Of a DNA stretch of 64,000 nt, positions 50,271 through 59,663 are shown piece by piece (position 1 is the first letter of the stretch; each line of letters opens with the position of its first letter). This DNA is from Desulfobacterales bacterium (GTDB lineage: Bacteria > Desulfobacterota > Desulfobacteria > Desulfobacterales > UBA5852), in NCBI GenBank assembly GCA_963674755.2, contig CAXXVS010000001.1, forward strand, positions 1,152,001 through 1,216,000, in the 5' to 3' direction. Both the position numbers and the translations under genes were made by a program. The notes under the pieces are model-generated. The model did no database searches. It saw only the letters and a list, made by a program, of their open reading frames with translations, and was not told the DNA's origin.

Positions 50271-52223
50271 ATGATGAACGCGACGGCACCCCTCAAATTC
50301 GGAAAATACTGGCTGACGGATCGTATCGCCGTGGGCGGTATGGCTGAACTCTATCGCGGTAAAATTTCCGGCGAAGAGGGGTTCGAAAAAGCGGTGGCCG
50401 TCAAGAAGATCCTGCCCCATCTGTCCGAGGAAAAGGAGGCGGTTCGTTACTTCATCGACGAAGCCCGTCTGGCCGCTTTGTTGCAACATCCCAATATCAT
50501 ACAGATTTATGATTTCGGGCGGTTGGACGACAGCTATTTCATCGCCATGGAATACCTTTTCGGCAAGGATCTTAAAACCGTTTTGCAGACCGCCGAAAAA
50601 CGGGGCGTATCCCTCAGCCTGGAAAACGCCCTGCATATCGCGGTCGGCATTTGTTCGGGGCTCGATCATGCCCACAACATGAAAGACCTGCAAGGCCATC
50701 TGCTCAACATCATTCACCGCGATGTGAGTCCCCAGAATATCTTCCTGACCTATGACGGCCAGATCAAGATCATCGATTTCGGCATCGCCAAGGCCACCAG
50801 CCGGATTTCGCATACCCGCTCCGGTGTGATCAAGGGCAAGGTGGCCTACATGTCGCCGGAGCAGGCCGAGGGCCACGAAGTCGACCACCGCTCCGATATC
50901 TTTTCCGTGGGAATCCTGCTCTATGAGATGGTCACCGGGCGTTACATGTACGAAGGCGATGCCATGGACATCCTGTCCCAGGCGCGCGAGGCCCGCTTTA
51001 CGCGCGCGGAGCGCATTGTCCGGGATTTGCCCGAATGTCTGGTCGCCGTTCTCGACATGGCGCTCTCCAAGCATCCCGACGACCGCTACGATTCCTGCGG
51101 CGACATGCTTTCCGATCTTGAAGACTGCATCTATCACCTGAATTTTCGTCCCAGCGGACAGAAGCTTTCCCAGTTCATGAAAAGCCTCTTCGACACCGAG
51201 CTCAAGAGCGAGGAGATCAACATGGCCTGGGCCCTGCGGCGGGTTGAGCCACCGCCTGCCGACCACCATGGCGATCCGCCGGCCGGCTCCCATTATCAGG
51301 AGACCGTTATCCTGACGCCGGAAACCATGGCCGCCGATGCGCCTCCCGCTAAAAAGCGCTGGGTCTGGATCGCCGTTCTTTTGGTGCTCCTGGCAGCGGC
51401 GGGCGGCTTTTTCTACTACCGCCAGCCGGCGCCTAAAGACAATCCGGTGGTTATACGGGTTCCCATCACGGCAGATCACGATGGGGACGCCCAACCGCCG
51501 CGTCCGGCCGAAGCGGCCGGGAAGGGTGCCGGCCAGGCCGCCGACCGCGCCCCCGCGACGGCGCCCGTCGACCCCCAGATCGTCCAATGGCTTCAGGACG
51601 CGCAGGACAATCTGGACGCCTGGAACCTGACCGCTCCTAAAGGCCGCAATGCCTTTTACTATTACAAGGAAGTCCTTAAACGGGACCCGCAGAATAAGGC
51701 TGCCCGCCAGGGAATCCAGGATGTGGCCGAGCGCTATGCCCAGCTGGCCGAAAGGGAGCTGAGCCGCTCCCGCTATCAAAAGGCGTTGGATTATATTGCC
51801 ACGGGATTGTCCGTGGACGCTGAAAACCGTCGCTTGTGGTCCCTCAAGGAGCAGGTGAATCGGCGCATCGAGCAGGAGCAGCAGCGCGAGATTCAACGCC
51901 TTCTGGTACAGGCCAACGATTGCCTGAATGCCTACAAACTGACCAAGCCCAGCGAAGACAATGCCTTGTACTATTACCGTCGGGTCGAGAAACTCGATCC
52001 GGGCAACAAGGAAGCCCGTCGCGGCCGTGAAAAGATCGCCGAGCGTTATGCCCAGCTGGCGGAAAAAGAAATGAACAGTTTCTCTTATGACAACGCCCGC
52101 CGCTATATCGCCACGGGTTTGGATGTCGATCCGCACAACCCGCATTTGCTGGAGCTCAAGACCGAAGTCAACAAGCGGCTGGACCAGCGCCTGCTACGAA
52201 GCCTCAAAAACCTCTTCGACTGA
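50271..52223 (+). CDS. membrane Hanks-type Ser/Thr kinase with a duplicated TPR-like extracytoplasmic domain
   Basis: GGMAELY, VAVKK, HRDVSPQN, DFG, YMSPEQ; TM helix VWIAVLLVLLAAAGGFFYY; two 104-aa repeats. Confidence 0.92.
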   Translation: MMNATAPLKFGKYWLTDRIAVGGMAELYRGKISGEEGFEKAVAVKKILPHLSEEKEAVRYFIDEARLAALLQHPNIIQIYDFGRLDDSYFIAMEYLFGKDLKTVLQTAEKRGVSLSLENALHIAVGICSGLDHAHNMKDLQGHLLNIIHRDVSPQNIFLTYDGQIKIIDFGIAKATSRISHTRSGVIKGKVAYMSPEQAEGHEVDHRSDIFSVGILLYEMVTGRYMYEGDAMDILSQAREARFTRAERIVRDLPECLVAVLDMALSKHPDDRYDSCGDMLSDLEDCIYHLNFRPSGQKLSQFMKSLFDTELKSEEINMAWALRRVEPPPADHHGDPPAGSHYQETVILTPETMAADAPPAKKRWVWIAVLLVLLAAAGGFFYYRQPAPKDNPVVIRVPITADHDGDAQPPRPAEAAGKGAGQAADRAPATAPVDPQIVQWLQDAQDNLDAWNLTAPKGRNAFYYYKEVLKRDPQNKAARQGIQDVAERYAQLAERELSRSRYQKALDYIATGLSVDAENRRLWSLKEQVNRRIEQEQQREIQRLLVQANDCLNAYKLTKPSEDNALYYYRRVEKLDPGNKEARRGREKIAERYAQLAEKEMNSFSYDNARRYIATGLDVDPHNPHLLELKTEVNKRLDQRLLRSLKNLFD

Positions 52224-52307
52224 CCCACCGGAGCACTTGTGCGGCGGGAAACCGTCACCGGGGTTTCTTTTATCCATACGGGAATACACCAGCCCGGTAA
52301 GCTTGGC

Positions 52308-52342
52308 AAAAAATGGAAGGGCGGCCGCAAGGCCGCCCTTCC
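52308..52342 (-). terminator. intrinsic terminator of aor
   Basis: 12-bp stem GGAAGGGCGGCC-gcaa-GGCCGCCCTTCC, followed on the - strand by ATTTTTT. Confidence 0.8.
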
Positions 52343-52371
52343 CGCGTCAGAATGCGACTTCCCTCCTGAAG

Positions 52372-54108
52372 TTACCAGTTGAAAAGGGTATCCAATTGTT
52401 CGTCGCTGATGTCGAAGGTCACGTTATGGGGCGCAATAGGCTCGCGGCGCATATAGCGCGGCAGACGGTCGTGTTCTTTCGTAAAGCCCGCCTTCTTGTT
52501 GAAGTCACGCTCCATGCTGAGGATCTTTTTGCCCAGGGCCACCACGTCGTCGCCCGTCAGATTGAGGTCATACATGCCGTTGATGGTCTCGACCATGGCA
52601 TCGAAGGTCTCGCTCTGGTCGAGAATGGCAAAGGCGATAAACAGGCAATAGCCCGTCGCATCCAGGGCCGCGGTGGCAATCTGGAGGTTGCGGGAAAGCT
52701 CGATCTGCCCCTCCGAGCTGAGCGGATCCACATCGCCGCCGACCTTGAGGATGTTGGTGGCAATGGCATAGCCCGCCGTGTGGTCGGCCCCCATGGGGGT
52801 CGTGGCATAGGTGACGCCGATTCCCTTGACGGCGCGCGGGTCGTAGGCCGGCATGGCCTGATTTTTCACCACGGGCGCCCGTTCGACGCCGAAGGCTTTC
52901 GCGGCGAGGGCCGCACCGCCGCCAAGAATGCGTCCCAGGGGGGTGCCCTGGCCGGCTTCTTCCACCAGCCGGAGAGCCCCTTCGGCATCGCCGAAACTGA
53001 TCAGGCCGGCCTCCATGGCGATGCCGATGGTGACCCCCATCTCGATGGTGTCCAGTCCGATATTGTCATCGAGAAAATCCAGACGGGCGATGGCGTCCGG
53101 GTCGCAGATGCCGCAGTTGCCACCGTGGGCCCAGACCGTCTCGTATTCCGGCTGTTTGGTAATGTAGTTGCCGTCCTTATCGACATAGATGCCCGAACAG
53201 CGGATGGCGCAGCCCACATGGCAACCGTGGGTAGGATTGCCGCCGCGCTGGGTCTCCAACTCGGCGATGGTCTCGCCGCTGATCTTGCCGGCATCGTCGT
53301 AGTGGCCCTGCTTGAAATTGTAAGTGGGATAAGCGCCGGCTTCATTAATGACGTTGGTGAGGACATTGGTGCCGTAGGCCGGGAGGCCTTCGCCGGTCAC
53401 AGCATGGCTGCGCAGCCCCTGGGTGAAGGTTTTATTGGCGGCCTTGAATTTTTCGGGATTTTTGGGCTGCCGCATTTTCATGCCGTCATCGTCGATGATG
53501 ATGGCTTTGATGCCCTTGGCGCCCATCACGGCACCGACCCCACCCCGACCGGCATGGCGGGAAGGCCGCATTTCGCGGTCGGTTACGGCCACTGTGGCGG
53601 CGGCCATTTTCATTTCACCGGCCGGACCGATGGACATGACCGCCACCTTATCGCCATAGGCTCCCTTGATCTTTTCGATCAGCTCATAGTTTCTAAGGCC
53701 TTTGTAATCTGCGGCGTCACTGATTTGAACCCCGTTCTTGTTGATCAATACCTTATACCAGGTGTTCGCGGCGGGGGCGCCTTCCAGAATAATGGCGGCA
53801 TAGCCCAGGCGCGCCAGGGTTTGCCCGGCCTGGCCGCCGGAGTTGGCTTCCTTGATGCCGCCCGTCAACGGGCTTTTGCAGCCCACCGAAATGCGCCCGG
53901 AGGTGGAGGCGGCCGAACCCGTCAGCATCCCCGGCGCGATGACCAGCTTGTTTTCCGGTCCCAGGGGGTGGCAGTCGGGCGGTACTTCCTTGCAGACCAC
54001 CATGGAGGTCATGCCCCGGCCCCCCATGCCTTCATAGTCCCCCAGCGGTGTCACAACGGCTTTGGGGCCCCCTTCCGCACCGACATCAATTCTTAGAATC
54101 TTGTCCAT
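52372..54108 (-). CDS. aor: tungsten-dependent aldehyde:ferredoxin oxidoreductase
   Basis: KSPLTGGIKEANSGG, GRGGVGAVMGAK, CHVGCAIRC, EYET, GLDTI, YDPR, GADHT. Confidence 0.93.
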   Translation of the reverse strand: MDKILRIDVGAEGGPKAVVTPLGDYEGMGGRGMTSMVVCKEVPPDCHPLGPENKLVIAPGMLTGSAASTSGRISVGCKSPLTGGIKEANSGGQAGQTLARLGYAAIILEGAPAANTWYKVLINKNGVQISDAADYKGLRNYELIEKIKGAYGDKVAVMSIGPAGEMKMAAATVAVTDREMRPSRHAGRGGVGAVMGAKGIKAIIIDDDGMKMRQPKNPEKFKAANKTFTQGLRSHAVTGEGLPAYGTNVLTNVINEAGAYPTYNFKQGHYDDAGKISGETIAELETQRGGNPTHGCHVGCAIRCSGIYVDKDGNYITKQPEYETVWAHGGNCGICDPDAIARLDFLDDNIGLDTIEMGVTIGIAMEAGLISFGDAEGALRLVEEAGQGTPLGRILGGGAALAAKAFGVERAPVVKNQAMPAYDPRAVKGIGVTYATTPMGADHTAGYAIATNILKVGGDVDPLSSEGQIELSRNLQIATAALDATGYCLFIAFAILDQSETFDAMVETINGMYDLNLTGDDVVALGKKILSMERDFNKKAGFTKEHDRLPRYMRREPIAPHNVTFDISDEQLDTLFNW

Positions 54109-54479
54109 AATCCTGCACCTCCTTGCTTGTATCTTTCATGGATAAAATCATCAGCGTGTTGAACAGGCACCGTAACGCAATCTAGCTTAAATTAAGTCCA
54201 TCGATGTTGCTTTCGGTTTATTTGGGTTCGTTTGAGATATCCTTGGGTTTCAGGCGAATCTGATTCTTACACACAAGGTGTCAAGGTCGCTATGAATAAC
54301 AACTGAGAGCGTCTAAACATGTATATATCTATTTGGAATTACAGTATAAAAACAAAATGGAGATGTCAATGCAATCTTGCGCATCGAAATTTTGGCGCGA
54401 CCGCCGATGCGCTTTAAAAACAATTGCCGTACGGTACGATATACCGTCGATGTCGGGAAAGAAGCAGATGGAAAATGCG

Positions 54480-55016
54480 TCAGGGTGTTGTGGGAGACGA
54501 GGCGTTGCCGGCCATGAAAACGTGGATTTCGCGGTCTTCGATTCCAGTGATACCCGGGTCGTCCGGGAAGATTTCCGCCAGCCGGCGGCGGGGAACCCAG
54601 ATGCCGCGGGCCAGAAAACCGGGGCCCAGTTCGTCGATGAGCAGATTGAAGAGTTTGAGGGTGATCCGCCCCTTGAAACTGCCGGGGGTCTCGCTCGCGG
54701 GGCGGTAGGTGATACCGCTTCGAAAGGAGGCCAGAACGCCGCCCCGGCGCATGGTGGCCCCGATCAAACCCGGCATGGCGCCCGAAAGGGCCAGGGTCGC
54801 CCCGTCCCGGACGATGGCGGCCGGCAGGTCATCCACCGGCTTGCCGTCCAGGAAGAGCGTGCTGATGCGGTTCATGACATAGTCCCGGTCGATTTGCCAC
54901 TGGCCGCAGAGCAGATCTTCCAGGCTGGTGCCGATCTGGATCGACACCCCGACGCCTTGCTGAAAAAGCGTGCGAAAGGCGGGCAGGGTGCCCGCGGGAG
55001 CATGGAAGTTCGTCAT
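54480..55016 (-). CDS. hypothetical protein with a ThiS/MoaD-like (beta-grasp) segment
   Basis: RISTLFLDGKPVDD...VRDGATLALSGAMPG; co-oriented upstream of aor. Confidence 0.65.
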   Translation of the reverse strand: MTNFHAPAGTLPAFRTLFQQGVGVSIQIGTSLEDLLCGQWQIDRDYVMNRISTLFLDGKPVDDLPAAIVRDGATLALSGAMPGLIGATMRRGGVLASFRSGITYRPASETPGSFKGRITLKLFNLLIDELGPGFLARGIWVPRRRLAEIFPDDPGITGIEDREIHVFMAGNASSPTTP

Positions 55017-55066
55017 GTCAAATGTCTCCGGCAGCGTTGATCATGGCGGCGGTCTATCAGGTAGTC

Positions 55067-56053
55067 TCAGGCATCGTCAACCACAAAAACGCTGGATCCC
55101 TTGGTTTTCCTCGCTTCCAGGTCGCGATGGGCTTCGGCCGCCCTGGATAAGGGATAGGTCTGGCGGACTTCGATTTTCACCGCACCGCTCAGAACGACTT
55201 CGAAAAGATCGGCGGCATGGGTCAGAAGATCCTGGCGCGCGGCCGTGTAGGTCATCAGGCTGGGCCGCGTTAGAAAAAGTGAACCCTTTGCGGCCAGCAG
55301 GGCCGTATCGATGGGGGCCACGGAGCCGGAGGACTGGCCAAAGCTCACCATCATGCCCATGGGTCGCAAACAGTCCAGCGAGGGCAGAAAAGTGGCTTGG
55401 CCGACGGAGTCGTAAACCACATCCACGCCCCGGCGGTCGGTGAGCTCCCCCACGCGGTCCACGAAGTTTTCCCGGTTGTAGAGAATGGTATGGTCGCAAC
55501 CATGGGCCCGTGCCAGCTCCGCCTTTTCGGGACTTCCTACGGTTCCGATGGTACGGGCGCCCAGGGCTTTGGCCCACTGGCAGGCGATCAGCCCCACTCC
55601 GCCGGCCGCGGCATGCAGCAGAATCGTGCTGTCCGGGCCGACCGTCGTGCAGCCCTTCAGCAGATAGCGGGCGGTCATGCCTTGCAGCATCATGGCGGCG
55701 GCCTGGATCGATGGTATGGCGTCGGGGAGTTTGACCAGCCGATGGGCGGGAATCCGCCGCCGGACGGCATAGGCCCCCGGCGGTACGCCGGCGTAGGCCA
55801 CCCGATCACCGACCGCGACCTCGGTCACACCGGATCCCACGGCTTCCACCCGGCCGGCACCCTCCATGCCCGGTATGGCCGGGAAACCTCCGAGCGGATA
55901 GAGCCCGGTACGATGGTAGACGTCGATGAAATTCAATCCCACCGCTTCGTGGCGCACGACGGCCTCCCCCGCCTGGGGCGGTCCGGTGTCATAGGGTTCC
56001 CATTGAAGGACTTCCGGTCCCCCCGTCCGATGCATGACGATGGCATTGCTCAT
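55067..56053 (-). CDS. qor: NADPH:quinone oxidoreductase (zeta-crystallin family)
   Basis: GGPEVL, NFIDVYHRTG, AAAGGVG, VVYDSVG, GSLFLTRP; GGAGG RBS. Confidence 0.92.
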   Translation of the reverse strand: MSNAIVMHRTGGPEVLQWEPYDTGPPQAGEAVVRHEAVGLNFIDVYHRTGLYPLGGFPAIPGMEGAGRVEAVGSGVTEVAVGDRVAYAGVPPGAYAVRRRIPAHRLVKLPDAIPSIQAAAMMLQGMTARYLLKGCTTVGPDSTILLHAAAGGVGLIACQWAKALGARTIGTVGSPEKAELARAHGCDHTILYNRENFVDRVGELTDRRGVDVVYDSVGQATFLPSLDCLRPMGMMVSFGQSSGSVAPIDTALLAAKGSLFLTRPSLMTYTAARQDLLTHAADLFEVVLSGAVKIEVRQTYPLSRAAEAHRDLEARKTKGSSVFVVDDA

Positions 56054-56123
56054 TAGTACCTCCTCACGGCTGGCATGTTGATTTAAAGAACCTTGATACG
56101 GGTAAGGTCGCGGGGTGGGTCTG

Positions 56124-59100
56124 TCAATTGCGCGCCGCGGGTGGAAGCCCGGCCGGGAGGGGGATGACATCGATTTGCGTGGCGTCGAAGGCGCCTTGCG
56201 CCAGGGTCACCAGATGCCGGTGGTGGGTGAAGAAAATGACCTGGGTCCGGGCCGCGAGGTCCATCAGGACTTCGAGGGTGGCCAGGGCCCGTTCGTCGTC
56301 GAAGCGCAGCAGGATATCGTCCACCACGAAGGGCAGCGGCTCGCCGCGGTCGAGATAGCGTTCGAGGCTGGCCAGCCGCAGGGCCAGATAGAGCTGATCG
56401 GCCGTACCGTCGCTCATGCCGTCGATGCCGACCGCTTCTTCGGGTGAGGTCCGGATGCCCACCAAGACCGGATGACCCTTTTCATCATATTCGGCCCGAA
56501 TCCCCAGGAAAGCCTCCCGCGTCATGCGGCGGAACAGCGCGCTGGCGCGTTCGATCAGCGGGCCCTGGTGTTTTTCCCGGTATTGTTCGATGGTACGGGC
56601 CAGGAGAACAGCGGCGATTTTCGTGCGGGCATATTGTTCGACCAGGGATTCGAGGCTGGCCAGCAAGTGTTCGGCTTCCTCGGCATGGTCGGCTGCGTCG
56701 GCCCGTCCGTCCATGCGTCGAAGTTCCGCCCGGGCGGTGCCGATGGTCTGATCCAGGACCGAGCGCTCCTCTTCCAGAACGGCGATGGATTCCTCCAGCC
56801 GTGCCATCTCCGGCGCCAGGCTGTCCGGGTCGACGGCAGCGGCCTCGCGCACGAAGGTCTCCACCGTGGCGCCGGCACTGAGGTGGCGCAGGCGGTCTTC
56901 AGTCTCCCCTTTGGCCTGCAGCAGGGCTTTGCGTTGACGGGCGTGTCTTTCGATGGCGGGAAGTTCGGCCGGTTCGGCGCAGCGGGCGGTGCGGCACAGC
57001 GATGCCATCCGGGCGCGGGCCTCCTCCAGTTGCCGGCGGGCCCGGGCCTGGTCCTCCCGGGCGGATCCCAGTTGTTGCTGCAGTGATGCCAGGCGGGATT
57101 GCTGCGACCGCCCCTCGGTGAGTTTGGCATTGAGAAGGACAGCGGCTTCCTCGGCCGAAGTTTCGCTTAGTTCGGGCGCCAGGCTGCCGACTAGGCGGGC
57201 GACCCGGCGGCGGAAGACATCCGCGTCGCGATCGATGCCCTGGATCCGCTTTTGCAGAACATCGGCTTCGTCCTGGTAGGTCCGGGTCTCGCGGATCGAT
57301 TCGATCGTGGCCAGCGCGGCGGCAGGGCGGGCATCGGCGGGGAGGCCGATGGTGGTGACCACCCGGCCCCACCCGTCCTGCCAGGCTTGCATGTCACGCT
57401 CCAGGGCTTCCTTTTCGGCCCCCGACTTCATGATTTCCCTACGGAGCTGCCGCAGGGTCTGATCAAGGCGCTCGACGCGGAGACCGAGTTCTTCCTGTGA
57501 CGCAACTTCGCGTCGGGCCCGATCGATCAGTTTCGACAACGGCTCTTCGCCGGGCAGATTTACAGGGGCTAAAGCGTCTTGCAGCTTCGATTTCCAGTGG
57601 TCAATCTGGCCGACCAGCGCCTCGTTTTTTAACTGTTCGCCCTGCAGGACGCCGGTTCTGTCCCGGATGGCCGTCATGTCGGCCAGCCAGCCCCGCATTT
57701 CCGCCGGTGAGCGGGGGGCGATACCGGCCGGGGTCCAGAGGATTTGCCATTTTTCGTTCAGCGCGCCATGGGCGGTCCGGGCCGCATCGATGGCCCGGTC
57801 AAGGGTGTGGCGCTTTTCTTCCGTTTGATGCTGGCGTGCCTCCAGCATATTTTTACGGCTGACCTGCTCCGCTTCGCGCCGCAGACGGTCGGCAAGGTGA
57901 TCGGTTTGATCCAGGCTGGATTGAAAAGCATCGGCCAGGGAAGCGTTCTTGCTGAATCGCCCCGTGAAGGCTTGCCGAGCACCTTCATCGTTACCGTGGC
58001 CTTCCAGTTGGCGGCGGATCAGGTGCCATCCGGTATCCCGCAGGCGGCGGGCCTCGGCCAGGTCCGCTTCCGTGGGGACATCGTGGCCGTTGGCGATGAT
58101 GCGCAGTTCGGTCCGTATGCCCGCCAATTCGTCTGTTGTGCGGGCAAGATCCTCACGCAACCGTTCGATGTGCTGCAGCGATGCGTTCATTTGCTCTTCG
58201 AAGCGGTCGATGCTTTCGCGGACCGGCAGGGGGAGGGTCTCGAGAGCCTCCGGCGGACCGGACCACAGGGACTGGCGCTGCAAACGATTGATGAGGGCCG
58301 TATGCTCTTCGGCCCAGGCGCGGCCGGTATCGCTGAGCTGCTTTTCCAGCGGGCCGGCATCCAGGGCATCCTGGAGGATTGCCTTGAGGGCAGTCACATC
58401 CCGGGGCATGGGGCGGCTCTGTTTCTCTTTTTCGATCGCCGCCTTCTCACTTTCCAGTTCGCGGCTTCGCTGCCGGGTTGCTTCGAGGCGGGTTTTCAGG
58501 CGCTCATGGGTCTGAGCCAGGTCCTGAATGTCGCTGATGCCCGCCGGTGTGAGCAATAGGCGGGGATCGTCGGGGGTGAGATCCGCCAAGCCCAACTGCG
58601 CAAGCCGGGTGGCAGCCTGTTGGCTCAAGGTACGCCGGCGGGCTTCCAGGGCCGGTCGGTCCTGCATGGCCTTGCGGAAGCTGCCCAACTCATGCTGCAG
58701 TTCCTCCACTAGGGAGGCCTGCTGCAACAAAGCCTCGGGAACCGCGAGCAGGCTGATTTTTTGCTGCAGATCGCTAATGAGACGGCGGGCACGCTCCACA
58801 TCGTTGCCGGACATGGTCAGCGTATTTTCCGTTGAGCGGCGGCGATCTTCAAAATCGTCTGCCAGATCGGGGATGTCCGCCAGTTCCGGCAAAGCGTCCA
58901 GGATCTCCCTGCGACGCGCGATCAGCGGCAGGGCCTGGTGGATGCGCTCCAACGAGGCCAACGCCTTTTGGTGTTCGACCAGACGTTGGCGGTTGGCCGC
59001 TTGACGTGCCTGGGCATCCTGGAGGGCGTTGTGGTGGGTTTGCCAGGTTTTGGCCAGCAGGAGGGCTTCTTTTTGCTGTTGGCGGGCCTCTTTCAACAAG

Positions 59101-59663
59101 GCGGTTGTGCGGTTGATGCGGGGTTTGCTGCCGCCGGGCTTGAAGAGCGTCTCCAGGGTCTCATCCAGCCGCTGCTGGAGCTGTTGAAGATGGACCAGGC
59201 CGGCCCCGGCCGCAAACAAGGCCTGGCCGACGCGGCCTCCGCCGGCGATAATTTCTTCGCCGCCCTGCACCAGGTCCTGATGGTCGATGGCGAACATCTG
59301 TTCGAAGAGATCGCGATCGGCGTTGCCCAGGAACGATGCCAGGGCATCCTCCGCCAGGGGCGAACGGTCGTCCGGTCCGCGAAGGGTTTTGCGCAGTCCC
59401 TTGCGACGGATGAAGCGCAGGGTTTCACCGTCGCGGCGAACCAGTTCGGCGCCGATGCGCAGCTTGGGATGGGGGTGGCGGAAACTGTCCGGTGTGCGCA
59501 ACGGGATACCAAACAGGAGGTTGCGCAGGGCCCGCAGGGCGGAACTCTTCCCGGCTTCGTTGGGTCCGTATACCAGATGAAAGGCGGCCTGACGGCCGGC
59601 AAAGTCCAGCGTCGTGTCGCTGAAAGGCCCATAGGCGATGAGGTGCATGCGATTGATCCTCAT
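56124..59663 (-). CDS. yhaN: YhaN/SbcE-like SMC-Rad50 family ATPase
   Basis: YGPF, GPNEAGKS (Walker A), long coiled coil, MSDGT signature, VVDD (Walker B), FTHH. Confidence 0.88.
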   Translation of the reverse strand: MRINRMHLIAYGPFSDTTLDFAGRQAAFHLVYGPNEAGKSSALRALRNLLFGIPLRTPDSFRHPHPKLRIGAELVRRDGETLRFIRRKGLRKTLRGPDDRSPLAEDALASFLGNADRDLFEQMFAIDHQDLVQGGEEIIAGGGRVGQALFAAGAGLVHLQQLQQRLDETLETLFKPGGSKPRINRTTALLKEARQQQKEALLLAKTWQTHHNALQDAQARQAANRQRLVEHQKALASLERIHQALPLIARRREILDALPELADIPDLADDFEDRRRSTENTLTMSGNDVERARRLISDLQQKISLLAVPEALLQQASLVEELQHELGSFRKAMQDRPALEARRRTLSQQAATRLAQLGLADLTPDDPRLLLTPAGISDIQDLAQTHERLKTRLEATRQRSRELESEKAAIEKEKQSRPMPRDVTALKAILQDALDAGPLEKQLSDTGRAWAEEHTALINRLQRQSLWSGPPEALETLPLPVRESIDRFEEQMNASLQHIERLREDLARTTDELAGIRTELRIIANGHDVPTEADLAEARRLRDTGWHLIRRQLEGHGNDEGARQAFTGRFSKNASLADAFQSSLDQTDHLADRLRREAEQVSRKNMLEARQHQTEEKRHTLDRAIDAARTAHGALNEKWQILWTPAGIAPRSPAEMRGWLADMTAIRDRTGVLQGEQLKNEALVGQIDHWKSKLQDALAPVNLPGEEPLSKLIDRARREVASQEELGLRVERLDQTLRQLRREIMKSGAEKEALERDMQAWQDGWGRVVTTIGLPADARPAAALATIESIRETRTYQDEADVLQKRIQGIDRDADVFRRRVARLVGSLAPELSETSAEEAAVLLNAKLTEGRSQQSRLASLQQQLGSAREDQARARRQLEEARARMASLCRTARCAEPAELPAIERHARQRKALLQAKGETEDRLRHLSAGATVETFVREAAAVDPDSLAPEMARLEESIAVLEEERSVLDQTIGTARAELRRMDGRADAADHAEEAEHLLASLESLVEQYARTKIAAVLLARTIEQYREKHQGPLIERASALFRRMTREAFLGIRAEYDEKGHPVLVGIRTSPEEAVGIDGMSDGTADQLYLALRLASLERYLDRGEPLPFVVDDILLRFDDERALATLEVLMDLAARTQVIFFTHHRHLVTLAQGAFDATQIDVIPLPAGLPPAARN

